64,000 nt of DNA, from NCBI RefSeq assembly GCF_045603845.1, contig NZ_JAZUMY010000072.1, positions 4,236-68,235 on the forward strand. Reading direction: 5' to 3'. Origin of the DNA: Methanobrevibacter sp. (GTDB taxonomy: Archaea > Methanobacteriota > Methanobacteria > Methanobacteriales > Methanobacteriaceae). Under the pieces are notes generated by a model, which saw nothing but the letters and a program-made list of their open reading frames with translations, searched no databases and was not told the DNA's origin. Positions 1 to 9,173 of this stretch are shown piece after piece. The position numbers and the translations under genes are program-made. The stretch's first letter is position 1. Each line of letters starts with the position of its first letter.

Positions 1-135
1 CCTAACTTTCCACATTAAGTTACTTTTAGCTTTGGATTTTTCTTCACGAATAGAAGATATTTCATCTTGTAAAGATTCAACTTTTTCAATTAACTCCTCT
101 TTAGAAGAATTTTCCAAATCATCAAAATCGTTCAT
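1..135 (-). CDS. pan: Proteasome-activating nucleotidase, N-terminal coiled coil (partial, runs off window)
   Basis: Manual translation MNDFDDLENSSKEELIEKVESLQDEISSIREEKSKAKSNLMWKVR; coiled-coil pattern; SD-like GGAGATGA upstream; divergent from aMBF1 as typical in Methanobacteriales. Confidence 0.7.
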   Translation of the reverse strand, partial: MNDFDDLENSSKEELIEKVESLQDEISSIREEKSKAKSNLMWKVR

Positions 136-315
136 GTGAATCATCTCCATATAAATTTCTACAACAAAGTTACTTTTAATAACAATTAGTAATTTTAAAT
201 ATTTAAAGTTATTTATTTTATTTTAATCAAACAAAATTTTTATTTTCAAAAAACAAAATATTTTAATACATATAAAATAAATCATAACATAATAAAATTA
301 AAAAAACTGATTAAT

Positions 316-801
316 ATGGAATGCGAAATTTGTGGTAAACCCGTTAGTGAAACAAATCCTACAAGAGCAAAAATTGAAGGATCAGTTATGGTTGTCTGTA
401 AAGAATGTGCTAAATTAGGAACAATCCAAAAAGCACCTCCAAAACCAAAATTCCAACAGAATAAAAGAGGAAGAAAAACTACACAACCAAAAAGAAATTA
501 CAGAAATGATGACCCTACAGATGAGTTGATTGAAGATTACAATGTCACTGTTAGAAAAGCTAGAGAAGCTAAAAACTGGTCCAGAGAGGATTTAGGAAAA
601 AAAATTAATGAAAGAGTATCTGTCATTAACAGAATAGAATCCGGAAAAATGACTCCTGACAATAAACTAACAAAAAAACTAGAAAACGCTTTGGACATTA
701 CATTAATAGAAAGCGTGAATGATATTGATTTGAATCAATTTATGAGTAATTCTTCAGGAGGAAGAACCCTGGGAAATGTAGTGAAAATTAAAAGGAAATA
801 G
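316..801 (+). CDS. mbf1: Archaeal multiprotein bridging factor 1 (Zn ribbon + HTH)
   Basis: CEICG...CKEC Zn ribbon; C-terminal HTH_3-like (VRKAREAKNWSREDLGKKINERVSVINRIESG); TLGNVVKIK tail. Confidence 0.9.
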   Translation: MECEICGKPVSETNPTRAKIEGSVMVVCKECAKLGTIQKAPPKPKFQQNKRGRKTTQPKRNYRNDDPTDELIEDYNVTVRKAREAKNWSREDLGKKINERVSVINRIESGKMTPDNKLTKKLENALDITLIESVNDIDLNQFMSNSSGGRTLGNVVKIKRK

Positions 802-804
802 CTA

Positions 805-1236
805 TTAATCTATATAGCTATTTAACTTATCATTTTGAATATATCTTTTTTTGCCTTTTACTGAATAATCTATTTTACCTGCATTAAGTGCTCTATTTGA
901 GTGATAACCCTCCATATCATGAGCAATCGTTAATTTTTCTTTAAGCTCATCATGTCCTCTATATTCAGGACTGACAACAACGATATGTGCCGGAGGATGA
1001 ATTTGTTTTATTTTTAAAATACTTAATGTAGTATCTTCTTTTACAAAAAATGCAGTAGCAACATTAGATTTAGTTCTAAGTTTGGATTGTAAAATCTGTT
1101 CAACAAGTGAATCGGCAAATTCTGCACTAATAACTTTTGGATTTGATGACAATGTTAAACTTCCATGTCTCTCCATATCAGAAATAGCGCTAAGCAATTT
1201 TGATTTATTTTCTCCTCTAATTAAAATTAATGCCAT
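805..1236 (-). CDS. Conserved methanogen protein (DUF356-like)
   Basis: MALILIRG start and IHPPAHIVVVS motif typical of DUF356; last gene of the operon. Confidence 0.7.
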   Translation of the reverse strand: MALILIRGENKSKLLSAISDMERHGSLTLSSNPKVISAEFADSLVEQILQSKLRTKSNVATAFFVKEDTTLSILKIKQIHPPAHIVVVSPEYRGHDELKEKLTIAHDMEGYHSNRALNAGKIDYSVKGKKRYIQNDKLNSYID

Positions 1237-1272
1237 AATATCCCCTAAATAAAAAAAGTAAATGGTGAAAAA

Positions 1273-2532
1273 TCACCGATTTTGGAAAGATTTCAATAAT
1301 CTACTTCTGAATATAACCAGCAGAATCAGAACAATACCTACAGCCGTCTGAATACTGCCCAGAATATTTAATATGTTTTCGTCTACAGGCAAATCCCATG
1401 ATGGCGAAGACCTGTCTCCAGGAAGTGCAGTATAATAAACACCAACAGCTTTGGAATCCTGTTTTACATTAATATCCTTAGGCTCAACATAATCAACACC
1501 CATTAAAAGACCGTTATTAATACCTTTATTAATAGATCCTGCAATAGATGATGCGTCATATCCATATTTATTGACAGATGCCTGTACGATTTCTCTTGTA
1601 GTTGAAGCTACACCTGACTTACCACTACCATATACTGAAACACTTACGGAATCAGGACGTACTGTAATGGCATTGCCCAAAGCTTCATAAGCATATACTA
1701 TTTTCAAATCTCCTCCGCAAACAGGGCACTTGTCATAAGCTTCGGCAGCAGGATAACCTACACCCCATCCGCAGTCATCACAAACTTTGGAATATGCCTC
1801 ATCCATAGGATAACCGGTTGAGTTCATTTCAGTTGGAGTGAACATGTCTGAAGTGGATATTCCTGAGACAAGGTTAACTCCACCTCCACCATATTTTTCA
1901 CCGGAATCGCGTGCTACTTCACCCATAGCTTCAGATAGAATTGTGGTAGCTGGATATCCATCCCTAATCATTTTACCAATGTTCATTGCAGTCTCTTTAC
2001 GGACATAATCCGCAGTACCATACATCGGATTTCCATTTGTATTTCTCAAGTGAATAATAGCTCCTTTCTGACCCGGCTGTAAGGTTGCTACACCACTACT
2101 ATAAGGCGTGACAGTAATATCACTATCATTACCATTTACTGTGATTACATAAGCGTCAAATGAACCTCCAATTGCTGCACCCATAAAAGGACCTCCGACA
2201 ACAAGACGAGCTCCATCATAGCTACTTGCAATTGATGCTGCAGAAGCGGCAGATGCATTGTTCTCAAGATTAGCTACAGCAGCTACAATAGAATCTAACC
2301 TAACATCTGAACTACCTGTACCCCCTGACAGGACCGCAAAATGATTATCCTTAGACATTAAAAAAGTGGACTGGAACATGTTCTCTGCAAATGACATACT
2401 TCCAGCAGCCGCACCATTAGGGTCCTCTCCAGTAGGATCAGTAATAATGATAATATTACAAGTAGCTGCAACGCTACTCATAGTCATCAAAAATATAATG
2501 AAAAAAATAATTGGTATTTTTAATCTTTTCAA
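1273..2532 (-). CDS. Exported, C-terminally anchored protein with Ntn-hydrolase-like N-terminus and Zn ribbon
   Basis: Signal peptide ending SVAA then TCNIIIITDPTG; CDDC...CPVC motif; hydrophobic C-terminal anchor followed by basic residues. Confidence 0.6.
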   Translation of the reverse strand: MKRLKIPIIFFIIFLMTMSSVAATCNIIIITDPTGEDPNGAAAGSMSFAENMFQSTFLMSKDNHFAVLSGGTGSSDVRLDSIVAAVANLENNASAASAASIASSYDGARLVVGGPFMGAAIGGSFDAYVITVNGNDSDITVTPYSSGVATLQPGQKGAIIHLRNTNGNPMYGTADYVRKETAMNIGKMIRDGYPATTILSEAMGEVARDSGEKYGGGGVNLVSGISTSDMFTPTEMNSTGYPMDEAYSKVCDDCGWGVGYPAAEAYDKCPVCGGDLKIVYAYEALGNAITVRPDSVSVSVYGSGKSGVASTTREIVQASVNKYGYDASSIAGSINKGINNGLLMGVDYVEPKDINVKQDSKAVGVYYTALPGDRSSPSWDLPVDENILNILGSIQTAVGIVLILLVIFRSRLLKSFQNR

Positions 2533-2549
2533 ATCTTATCCCTCATAAC

Positions 2550-2978
2550 CTATTTATCTTCTAATTCAACAGACGAAAAGTCTTCAATAACTGTTACAGT
2601 AACAATTCCTGTATTTTTATCTACCTGAACATCAGCTGCAGTTATAGGTTCAACTGACGTACCAGGAACTGTCGATTCTTTTGCAAATTCCTGCGCCGTA
2701 TGTATCGCATCCTTCAGCGAAACCTCTCTTTTAGAAGTCTTTAAAATATCACCATAGATAACACTTCCATCCCTGAAACCAGCTTGCATTACATTATATC
2801 TTATAGTGTCTACGGGAACTATATCGTTACCCTTAACAATGATTCCAGAAATTGGTACTCCGTCACTAACCTCATCAGATGAAGCAAATGCGACATATGT
2901 AATTAAACGACCACAGAGAATTAAAATAAATGCTAATAATAAAATTATTAATGTATCTCTTCTAATCTTTATAAACAT
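2550..2978 (-). CDS. Membrane-anchored POTRA-domain (FtsQ/DivIB-like) protein
   Basis: Basic N-terminus + TM helix, then ISGIIVKGNDIVPVDTIR resembling the FtsQ POTRA pattern; inside the cell-wall operon. Confidence 0.6.
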   Translation of the reverse strand: MFIKIRRDTLIILLLAFILILCGRLITYVAFASSDEVSDGVPISGIIVKGNDIVPVDTIRYNVMQAGFRDGSVIYGDILKTSKREVSLKDAIHTAQEFAKESTVPGTSVEPITAADVQVDKNTGIVTVTVIEDFSSVELEDK

Positions 2979-3055
2979 GTTTTATCCTCTTAGATTATAT
3001 TCATGCGAATAAAAAATCTATACAGTATAATCTTTAATTAATATAATATTTAAAT

Positions 3056-4489
3056 TTATAGAATATTTTTAAGTAATGATTCAGCCGGGTCCATACCCTG
3101 AGCACCTATTAATAAAATGACATCATTTTTATCGGCCAAAGAATATACATCAGATAAGCAGTCAGCCAGATTATCAAAATGAGTGTAAGTTATATCATTG
3201 GCGTCCAGAATATCGAAAAATATTTCCCTTTCTTCTGATTCCACATAATTCAAATTGTTGACTACATCATTACTGGAAGATAAAAATAGATTAATATCCT
3301 CGGTTAAAACTTCAACCAAAGCCTCAACATTTAGCTTATTGATTTCAACACCGCGAGATCCTCTGATTGCACATACCACATGCAATTTCTGATTATCATC
3401 CAAAAGCTTAATGGTTTCTCTGATGGTGTTTTTAATGCCATCAGGATTGTGGGCAAAATCATCAATAATCAATGGCTCATCATTTAATTTTGCAAAACGT
3501 CTATTAAGAGCCTTATATGATTTGACTCCATCTTTGATAACTGTTAAATCAATACCCAAATTGATGCAGGCACCTACAGCGGACAATATATTCTGGATAA
3601 AATGACCGCTGGTAAATGGCAAATCCTCTTTTTTAATGATTAACTCACCATCATAATATATTCCATCATTGAAGTATAAATCAACATCACTATTGTTCAT
3701 AGACCAGTAAAAAGAATTTTCAGCCTTGATTTTTCTAACCAATTCATCATCATAATTTAAAATTGTTATGCCATCACCAATAGCTTCAGGAACAGCAGAT
3801 ATTTCATCGAAAACCTCATCAATGGAGTTTACAAGCCCAATATGGTCCATTGCAATATTAGTGATAACCCCCACTTTAGGAGTTAGCGCATTTGACATTA
3901 ATGAAGCATGGTTTTTCATAAGATTTCCCAGCCATCCCTGGACTTCAGACACTTCAATTACCAGATAATCCAATTCTCCGTTGGATTTTACTTCGTCTGA
4001 AATCAATTTGGAAACCATTGGATCAATCAGCGTATTGAACTCTGACTCACTATCAGTATTGGTCAATACATGGTATCCTGCATTTTTTAGAATATGATAA
4101 ATTAAATGGGAAGTGGTTGATTTACCGTTAGTTCCTGTAATGACAACATTGGTTGAATTAGGGGAAAAATTATCAGCCGTCCATTTTAAAGCATAAGCAT
4201 TGGCCAATTCGATTTTATCACAAACAATCAATGGAAAACTTAACTCTTCGGCCTTTTCAGCAGCCCCATCCTTTGGAGTTTGGGTGATTAATGCGGCAAT
4301 ATTTTTTTGTGCAGCAATTTCAATACCTTTTCCATTAATCCAATGCCTAATTACAATGTCTCCTTTTATGGAATCATTTAATAATGTGAATCTCCCAGTA
4401 AAATCCTGATTTAAAAAGAAAGATGTGTTTCCAATGATTTTTCCATTAATGGAATTAGCTAAATCCCGAATATTCATAAATAACACCAA
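3056..4489 (-). CDS. Pseudomurein Mur peptide ligase (MurE/F-like); true start may be the MNIRDL ATG
   Basis: P-loop ITGTNGKSTT, VGVITNIAMDH, IIDDFAHNPDG, LLIGAQG motifs. Confidence 0.9.
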   Translation of the reverse strand: MVLFMNIRDLANSINGKIIGNTSFFLNQDFTGRFTLLNDSIKGDIVIRHWINGKGIEIAAQKNIAALITQTPKDGAAEKAEELSFPLIVCDKIELANAYALKWTADNFSPNSTNVVITGTNGKSTTSHLIYHILKNAGYHVLTNTDSESEFNTLIDPMVSKLISDEVKSNGELDYLVIEVSEVQGWLGNLMKNHASLMSNALTPKVGVITNIAMDHIGLVNSIDEVFDEISAVPEAIGDGITILNYDDELVRKIKAENSFYWSMNNSDVDLYFNDGIYYDGELIIKKEDLPFTSGHFIQNILSAVGACINLGIDLTVIKDGVKSYKALNRRFAKLNDEPLIIDDFAHNPDGIKNTIRETIKLLDDNQKLHVVCAIRGSRGVEINKLNVEALVEVLTEDINLFLSSSNDVVNNLNYVESEEREIFFDILDANDITYTHFDNLADCLSDVYSLADKNDVILLIGAQGMDPAESLLKNIL

Positions 4490-4494
4490 GAAAA

Positions 4495-5574
4495 TTAGAA
4501 TATGTACATTTTAGCGAGAATACCGACAATACATAAGACTACAGTAGACCCCCAGTATGTTAAGACAATTTTGATTTCTGACATGCCGTAATGATTTAAC
4601 GTATGGTGTAGAGGCTCAACAGGCAGCTTGATGATATGTGCTCTATGAAGTAAGCTAACAATGACTGAAATAATAGGAACACCCAATGCCAATACCCCAA
4701 AGTAAGGTATGTCACACAACAATACGGCTGCAGCATAACCGGTACCTAGAACAAATGACCCAGTATCGCCCATAAATATTGATGCCGGATGTTTATTGAA
4801 CACTAAAAATCCCAAACATAATCCTGCCAGAATTAAAAATGGAGGAATGATTGTTAATGGTCCAAACAGATAACCATAGACACAGCAAGCTATAGAAGCA
4901 ATTCCAACAATACCTGCAGCAAGACCATCCATGCCATCAATCAGATTAACTGAATTGATGGATCCTATAACACCAATAATTACAACAGGAATAGCCAAAA
5001 TACCTAACTCAAAACCGCCTAATGTGGTTATAACTCCAGTTAATCCTAAAAATAAACCTATTACAATTTGACAGATAATTTTTTCAAGTTCTCCAGGTTC
5101 TGTTTTGATTGGAACTTCACCGACAACTTCAACTTTACCCTGCTGAAGGAATTTATCAACTTCGGATTTGGCTTTTGGAGTTGCAACTCTCACTTCCTCC
5201 TGAGGCTCAACATCCAATCTGCCTAATGTTATTACCTCATCAGATATATTAACCACAATCTTTTGCACTTCCTTAATTTTAAGTCCGATTAAATCATCAA
5301 CCAAACCTACAATTCCTCCGATGAGCATGATGAATGATAAAATTAAAATTGGAGTGTTCTGATAATAAAGTGATATAATTAATGAAATTGTAAATAAAAA
5401 TGCGATTCCGCCCATTGTAGGCGTTCCACGTTTATGTCTATGTTCACTAACTATAGGACTATCAGCAATCCTTGCTTTAAGCAATATCCTTTTAACATAC
5501 CATGTGAAGAATATTGTTGCGATTAATGTTATTAAAAAAAGAATTAACATTTCTCCATTATTCATTCCAATCAC
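4495..5574 (-). CDS. mraY: MraY-like glycosyltransferase family 4 (pseudomurein)
   Basis: HRHKRGTPTMGG, GLVDD, NSVNLIDGMDGL, IFMGDTGS and PLHH motifs; about 10 TM helices. Confidence 0.9.
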   Translation of the reverse strand: MIGMNNGEMLILFLITLIATIFFTWYVKRILLKARIADSPIVSEHRHKRGTPTMGGIAFLFTISLIISLYYQNTPILILSFIMLIGGIVGLVDDLIGLKIKEVQKIVVNISDEVITLGRLDVEPQEEVRVATPKAKSEVDKFLQQGKVEVVGEVPIKTEPGELEKIICQIVIGLFLGLTGVITTLGGFELGILAIPVVIIGVIGSINSVNLIDGMDGLAAGIVGIASIACCVYGYLFGPLTIIPPFLILAGLCLGFLVFNKHPASIFMGDTGSFVLGTGYAAAVLLCDIPYFGVLALGVPIISVIVSLLHRAHIIKLPVEPLHHTLNHYGMSEIKIVLTYWGSTVVLCIVGILAKMYIF

Positions 5575-5631
5575 TACAAAAATATTTTAAACTAATTATA
5601 TTTTATTAATTTATAGTATATAATTGTATCA

Positions 5632-6726
5632 TTAAGTTAAATCCCTAACTAAGTCCTCAAGCTCTTTTTTTGATTTGGCACGTATGGTAATTCTTTGATA
5701 ACCTTCCGGCCCGTGAACAACAAAATTATTATTGTCAAATGATTTTACGGGTTCATTAGCTTTAGGACCGTTATAATCTCCGATTGGAATTTCAGTAGAA
5801 TAATAATATTCCAAATTATCAAAAACATTCTTTAAGCTGAATTCGCCACAGGCCATATTGACTAATTCACATAACGAATTAATGCCACATGTAGCGGTTG
5901 TCAAATATCTGGTTCCGTTTGGCCTTGTATTAACTTCAATCGCATATAACTGATTGTCTTTATGGGAATACATGAAATCCATTTCAAATATTCCATCGGA
6001 ATTCAAATTGCGGGCCACCTTATATGCAGTCCTTTGAATTAAATTATTGTCCAAACCATCAATTAGACAAGGCCCCAATTTAACCTTATTTAACGGATGT
6101 GTACCTTCAAGAGTCGTTTCACCTTTGTAAATCGGAGGAAGTGCAACAAATTCTCCATTGAATCCCAATACTTCAATTGAAATTTCAGAGCCCTCAATGA
6201 ACTTTTCACATAATGCCTGATTAAACTCTTCAAAGTATTCCTTAACATCATCCAAGTCATGTGCCACTTTAATGTCTTTTCCGCCCTGTCCTTCACCCTG
6301 TTTTAAAACGACAGGAAAATCTAAAGTTAAATCTTCAGGACAATTTAAAATCTGATAATCAGGAGTTGGCACACCTATTTCTGAGTAAAATTTTTTTGTG
6401 TTGATTTTATTGGAAGTTAACTCAACAGCACGAACATCAGCAGCAATTACAGGAATTCCATATTCATCTTCAATCTCTTCCTTCATGTGAGCAACCTGAA
6501 TTAAAGGAGGATCAATTCCTATCAATGGGACAACGGCATCAACATTTTGACTGACAGCAATGTTTTTAGGACCTTCCATTCCCCTGGGAACAATGAATAC
6601 CTGATCAGGCAAATCCAAATTAATTGCTTCCTCGTTTGATTCTGTCAGTATGCTTTCTATGCCTTTTCCTTTAACATAATAATCAATATCATCATATAAA
6701 CGTGAGCCAATAAATAGAATTTTCAT
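5632..6726 (-). CDS. ATP-grasp ligase (Ddl/carbamoyl-phosphate synthase-like) of the pseudomurein cluster
   Basis: PVVLKQGEGQGGKDI, CEKFIEGSEIS, IEVNTRPNG ATP-grasp motifs; adjacent to mraY-like. Confidence 0.85.
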   Translation of the reverse strand: MKILFIGSRLYDDIDYYVKGKGIESILTESNEEAINLDLPDQVFIVPRGMEGPKNIAVSQNVDAVVPLIGIDPPLIQVAHMKEEIEDEYGIPVIAADVRAVELTSNKINTKKFYSEIGVPTPDYQILNCPEDLTLDFPVVLKQGEGQGGKDIKVAHDLDDVKEYFEEFNQALCEKFIEGSEISIEVLGFNGEFVALPPIYKGETTLEGTHPLNKVKLGPCLIDGLDNNLIQRTAYKVARNLNSDGIFEMDFMYSHKDNQLYAIEVNTRPNGTRYLTTATCGINSLCELVNMACGEFSLKNVFDNLEYYYSTEIPIGDYNGPKANEPVKSFDNNNFVVHGPEGYQRITIRAKSKKELEDLVRDLT

Positions 6727-7238
6727 AATATTTCCTCCAATAAGTTAATAATTTCATTTGCACTTCTTTCAACATTTTCAGTTAAACATCCATTGAAATC
6801 CATAAGATCTGCTCCAAGCACACCCAATGAATCCTGATCAATCAATTCTAAAGTTTCAGGTTCGATACCTATAAATAGTATATTATCATGATTCAAAAAT
6901 TTTACAAAATAAGACAAAGACATTGAATGTGTTGAAATTCCAATATTAACGAAATCGTCCTCATTTACAATTTTGAACTCACCGGGACTTAAACCCATTA
7001 AGCAGGCATCAATTATAATAATATGGCTTGGTTTCTCCATTCTGATTTTTCCGGTGAAATTTTCGGGAACAGTCTGAGCATTGATTAATAAAACATCATC
7101 ATTTAAATTTAACTCATTTAATTTAGAAATAATGAATGGACCTACACCATCATCAAATTTAAGCTCATTTCCTATTCCTAAAATGATTAACTTTTCATAA
7201 TCTTTTAAAAAATCAATTAATTCATTTTTAAATGAAAT
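6723..7238 (-). CDS. hycI: Hydrogenase maturation protease; apparent non-canonical ATT start
   Basis: Reading frame extends upstream of the ORF-track ATG (7040) through LGIGNELKFDDGVG and NAQTVPEN; SD AGGTGA 4 nt before ATT at 7238-7236; STHSMSL motif. Confidence 0.85.
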   Translation of the reverse strand: MSFKNELIDFLKDYEKLIILGIGNELKFDDGVGPFIISKLNELNLNDDVLLINAQTVPENFTGKIRMEKPSHIIIIDACLMGLSPGEFKIVNEDDFVNIGISTHSMSLSYFVKFLNHDNILFIGIEPETLELIDQDSLGVLGADLMDFNGCLTENVERSANEIINLLEEIL

Positions 7239-7247
7239 AAAATCACC

Positions 7248-8015
7248 TTACAAAATTTGGGTTTCAATAGTTTCAATACCTTGCCCCATAATATATTTCA
7301 ATTTAACATTAATTAAATCATTGCATTTAACATTCATTTCATCTATCGGAACCAATAATGGTGGGTTAAACATTGGAGTTGGACCGCAGACAATTTCATC
7401 ATTGAGAATTGTTACGCTGGTTATCTTAATTCCATTGGCAATACCTGATTTATTTACATTGAATTCGATATTTTTTTCAAAATCAGGATTTATCTTATCT
7501 TTGAATACTATTTTTGAGTAATCAACAGAATCAGACAATATTTCATATGCCGCATCCTCATCCCAATGAACATAATGCCTCTGCATATTAACAAGCTCAG
7601 CAATATTGATAATTGCCTTCGGAATGATTTCACCATCCTCCTTAAGGAATTTACGTGCATGATTAAGCACCTGAACTTCCTCTTCATCGATTAATGCCGT
7701 ATCCAACATTTCACAGACAATCAAATCCGCTTTTTTAGTGAAATCATATTCTAAAACATCACAATTGATTACTTCAATATTTTCAAATTCATTTAAATTT
7801 AGTGAAGCGCATTCACTGGCTTTTGAATCGATTTCAATAGATATGATTTCATTGAACTTTTTATTTAAAAAATAAGATAGAACTCCGGATCCACAACCCA
7901 AATCGTAAGCCAAATCTGTTTTTTTGGAATAATCATTAATAGCTTCAAAAAAAGCAGACACTCTATCAGTATCTTTCAATAAATCAAAATGATATGATGT
8001 GGTTTGAAATTTCAT
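7248..8015 (-). CDS. Class I SAM-dependent methyltransferase, PRMT-like (COG4076-type)
   Basis: DLGCGSG motif I; IVCEMLDTALIDEE double-Glu-like loop; beta-rich C-terminus. Confidence 0.75.
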   Translation of the reverse strand: MKFQTTSYHFDLLKDTDRVSAFFEAINDYSKKTDLAYDLGCGSGVLSYFLNKKFNEIISIEIDSKASECASLNLNEFENIEVINCDVLEYDFTKKADLIVCEMLDTALIDEEEVQVLNHARKFLKEDGEIIPKAIINIAELVNMQRHYVHWDEDAAYEILSDSVDYSKIVFKDKINPDFEKNIEFNVNKSGIANGIKITSVTILNDEIVCGPTPMFNPPLLVPIDEMNVKCNDLINVKLKYIMGQGIETIETQIL

Positions 8016-8033
8016 GAAAAAATAAAAAAATAT

Positions 8034-8486
8034 TTAGTGATGATGGTAGTGATCATGTGAATGACCATCAGGTTCACAAAACTCTTCTCCATTTGCAGTA
8101 CTTGTTAATTTAACGTGTTCGACACCTTTAAGTCTCATAATCCTTTCTGTTAAATCACGAATCTCAGCAATGTCTCCATTTACAACTACAATTTCCATAC
8201 AATACTTATCAGTCATGTGGATATGCATGCTTGTATTGATTTCATTTCTGAAACTGTGTTGGATTTCTGCCAGGTTTTCCATCACTCCGGTATAATGGTG
8301 GTCGTAAATAATTGTAATAATACCAATCCTTTCCCCTTCCATGGAATTCATCCACTGATAACGAACAATATAATCCTGAAGTGCATCACGAATACCCTTT
8401 GAACGAGACTGGTAACCTCTCTCTTTCAATACTTCATCAAAATCAGATAATAATTTTTTAGGTAATGACATACTTATTCTCATCAT
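8034..8486 (-). CDS. nikR: Nickel-responsive regulator NikR
   Basis: Ribbon-helix-helix RISMSLP...SRSKGIRDA; YDHH, QH, HIH and C Ni ligands; His-rich tail. Confidence 0.95.
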   Translation of the reverse strand: MMRISMSLPKKLLSDFDEVLKERGYQSRSKGIRDALQDYIVRYQWMNSMEGERIGIITIIYDHHYTGVMENLAEIQHSFRNEINTSMHIHMTDKYCMEIVVVNGDIAEIRDLTERIMRLKGVEHVKLTSTANGEEFCEPDGHSHDHYHHH

Positions 8487-8545
8487 AGAAATAACCTTAT
8501 TTATACATTATTATATTATACTTAGATTTTTTACTTATATAAATA

Positions 8546-8573
8546 TTATGATAAAAATAGAAAATGATAATAC
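8546..8573. promoter_or_regulatory. Putative NikR operator upstream of nikR
   Basis: TTATGA-N16-TAATAC, matching the GTATGA-N16-TCATAC NikR box architecture with one mismatch per half. Confidence 0.55.
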
Positions 8574-8601
8574 TCAGATAATAAATTTTAAGTAAAAAAT
8601 A

Positions 8602-9078
8602 TTATTCAACAAGGAGATAATATTCCCCATCTGATTTATGGATATGTTTTAAAAGGCCTTTGTTTTCTAAAGACAATATGATGTGATACATTCTAAAATT
8701 AGTCAGTTTCAAATCCCCATAAAGCAAATTGCCTTCCAGAATATATTTTGAAACTAAATTTTTCTCATTAACAAGAGTTTTAATTAATTCGAAAGATTCT
8801 TTCTCTTTCATATTTAACTCCAACTCTTCCAAATCTTTTTTTGAATTTACAGTATTGACTTCTTTATCTGAACTGATCAAACGTACATTTTCATCCTGAA
8901 ATTCTATTAAACCTTTATTTGAAAGAGAATTCAATACTTGAATCAAATCATATTCATGGAAACTTCCACTAAATAATTCTTTTTTAAGTGCGGAAATTGG
9001 AATTACACCATCATATTCCACATCAAATATTTTTATCTGATTAAAAACAACTTCCTCTTTTCTGGTAATATTAATCAT
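8602..9078 (-). CDS. Hypothetical protein, probably tandem winged-helix
   Basis: Two similar segments (LIQVLNSLSNKGLI / MYHIILSLENKGLL). Confidence 0.55.
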   Translation of the reverse strand: MINITRKEEVVFNQIKIFDVEYDGVIPISALKKELFSGSFHEYDLIQVLNSLSNKGLIEFQDENVRLISSDKEVNTVNSKKDLEELELNMKEKESFELIKTLVNEKNLVSKYILEGNLLYGDLKLTNFRMYHIILSLENKGLLKHIHKSDGEYYLLVE

Positions 9079-9173
9079 ATAATCAGTTCATCTCTTTTTA
9101 TAATTATACTTTGAATATAATAATACTTAAATATTGTCAAAAATTATAAAGTAGAAATTAAATATTATATTAT

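Noticed and set aside
6723-7040. ORF-track 105-aa version of hycI
   Set aside because: Lacks the catalytic N-terminal GIGN..DDG motif, which lies in frame upstream; extended to 7238
7248-7250. Stop-codon readthrough fusing the methyltransferase to HycI (Sec/Pyl)
   Set aside because: The stop is TAA, not TGA/TAG, and a good SD follows it; independent initiation is simpler
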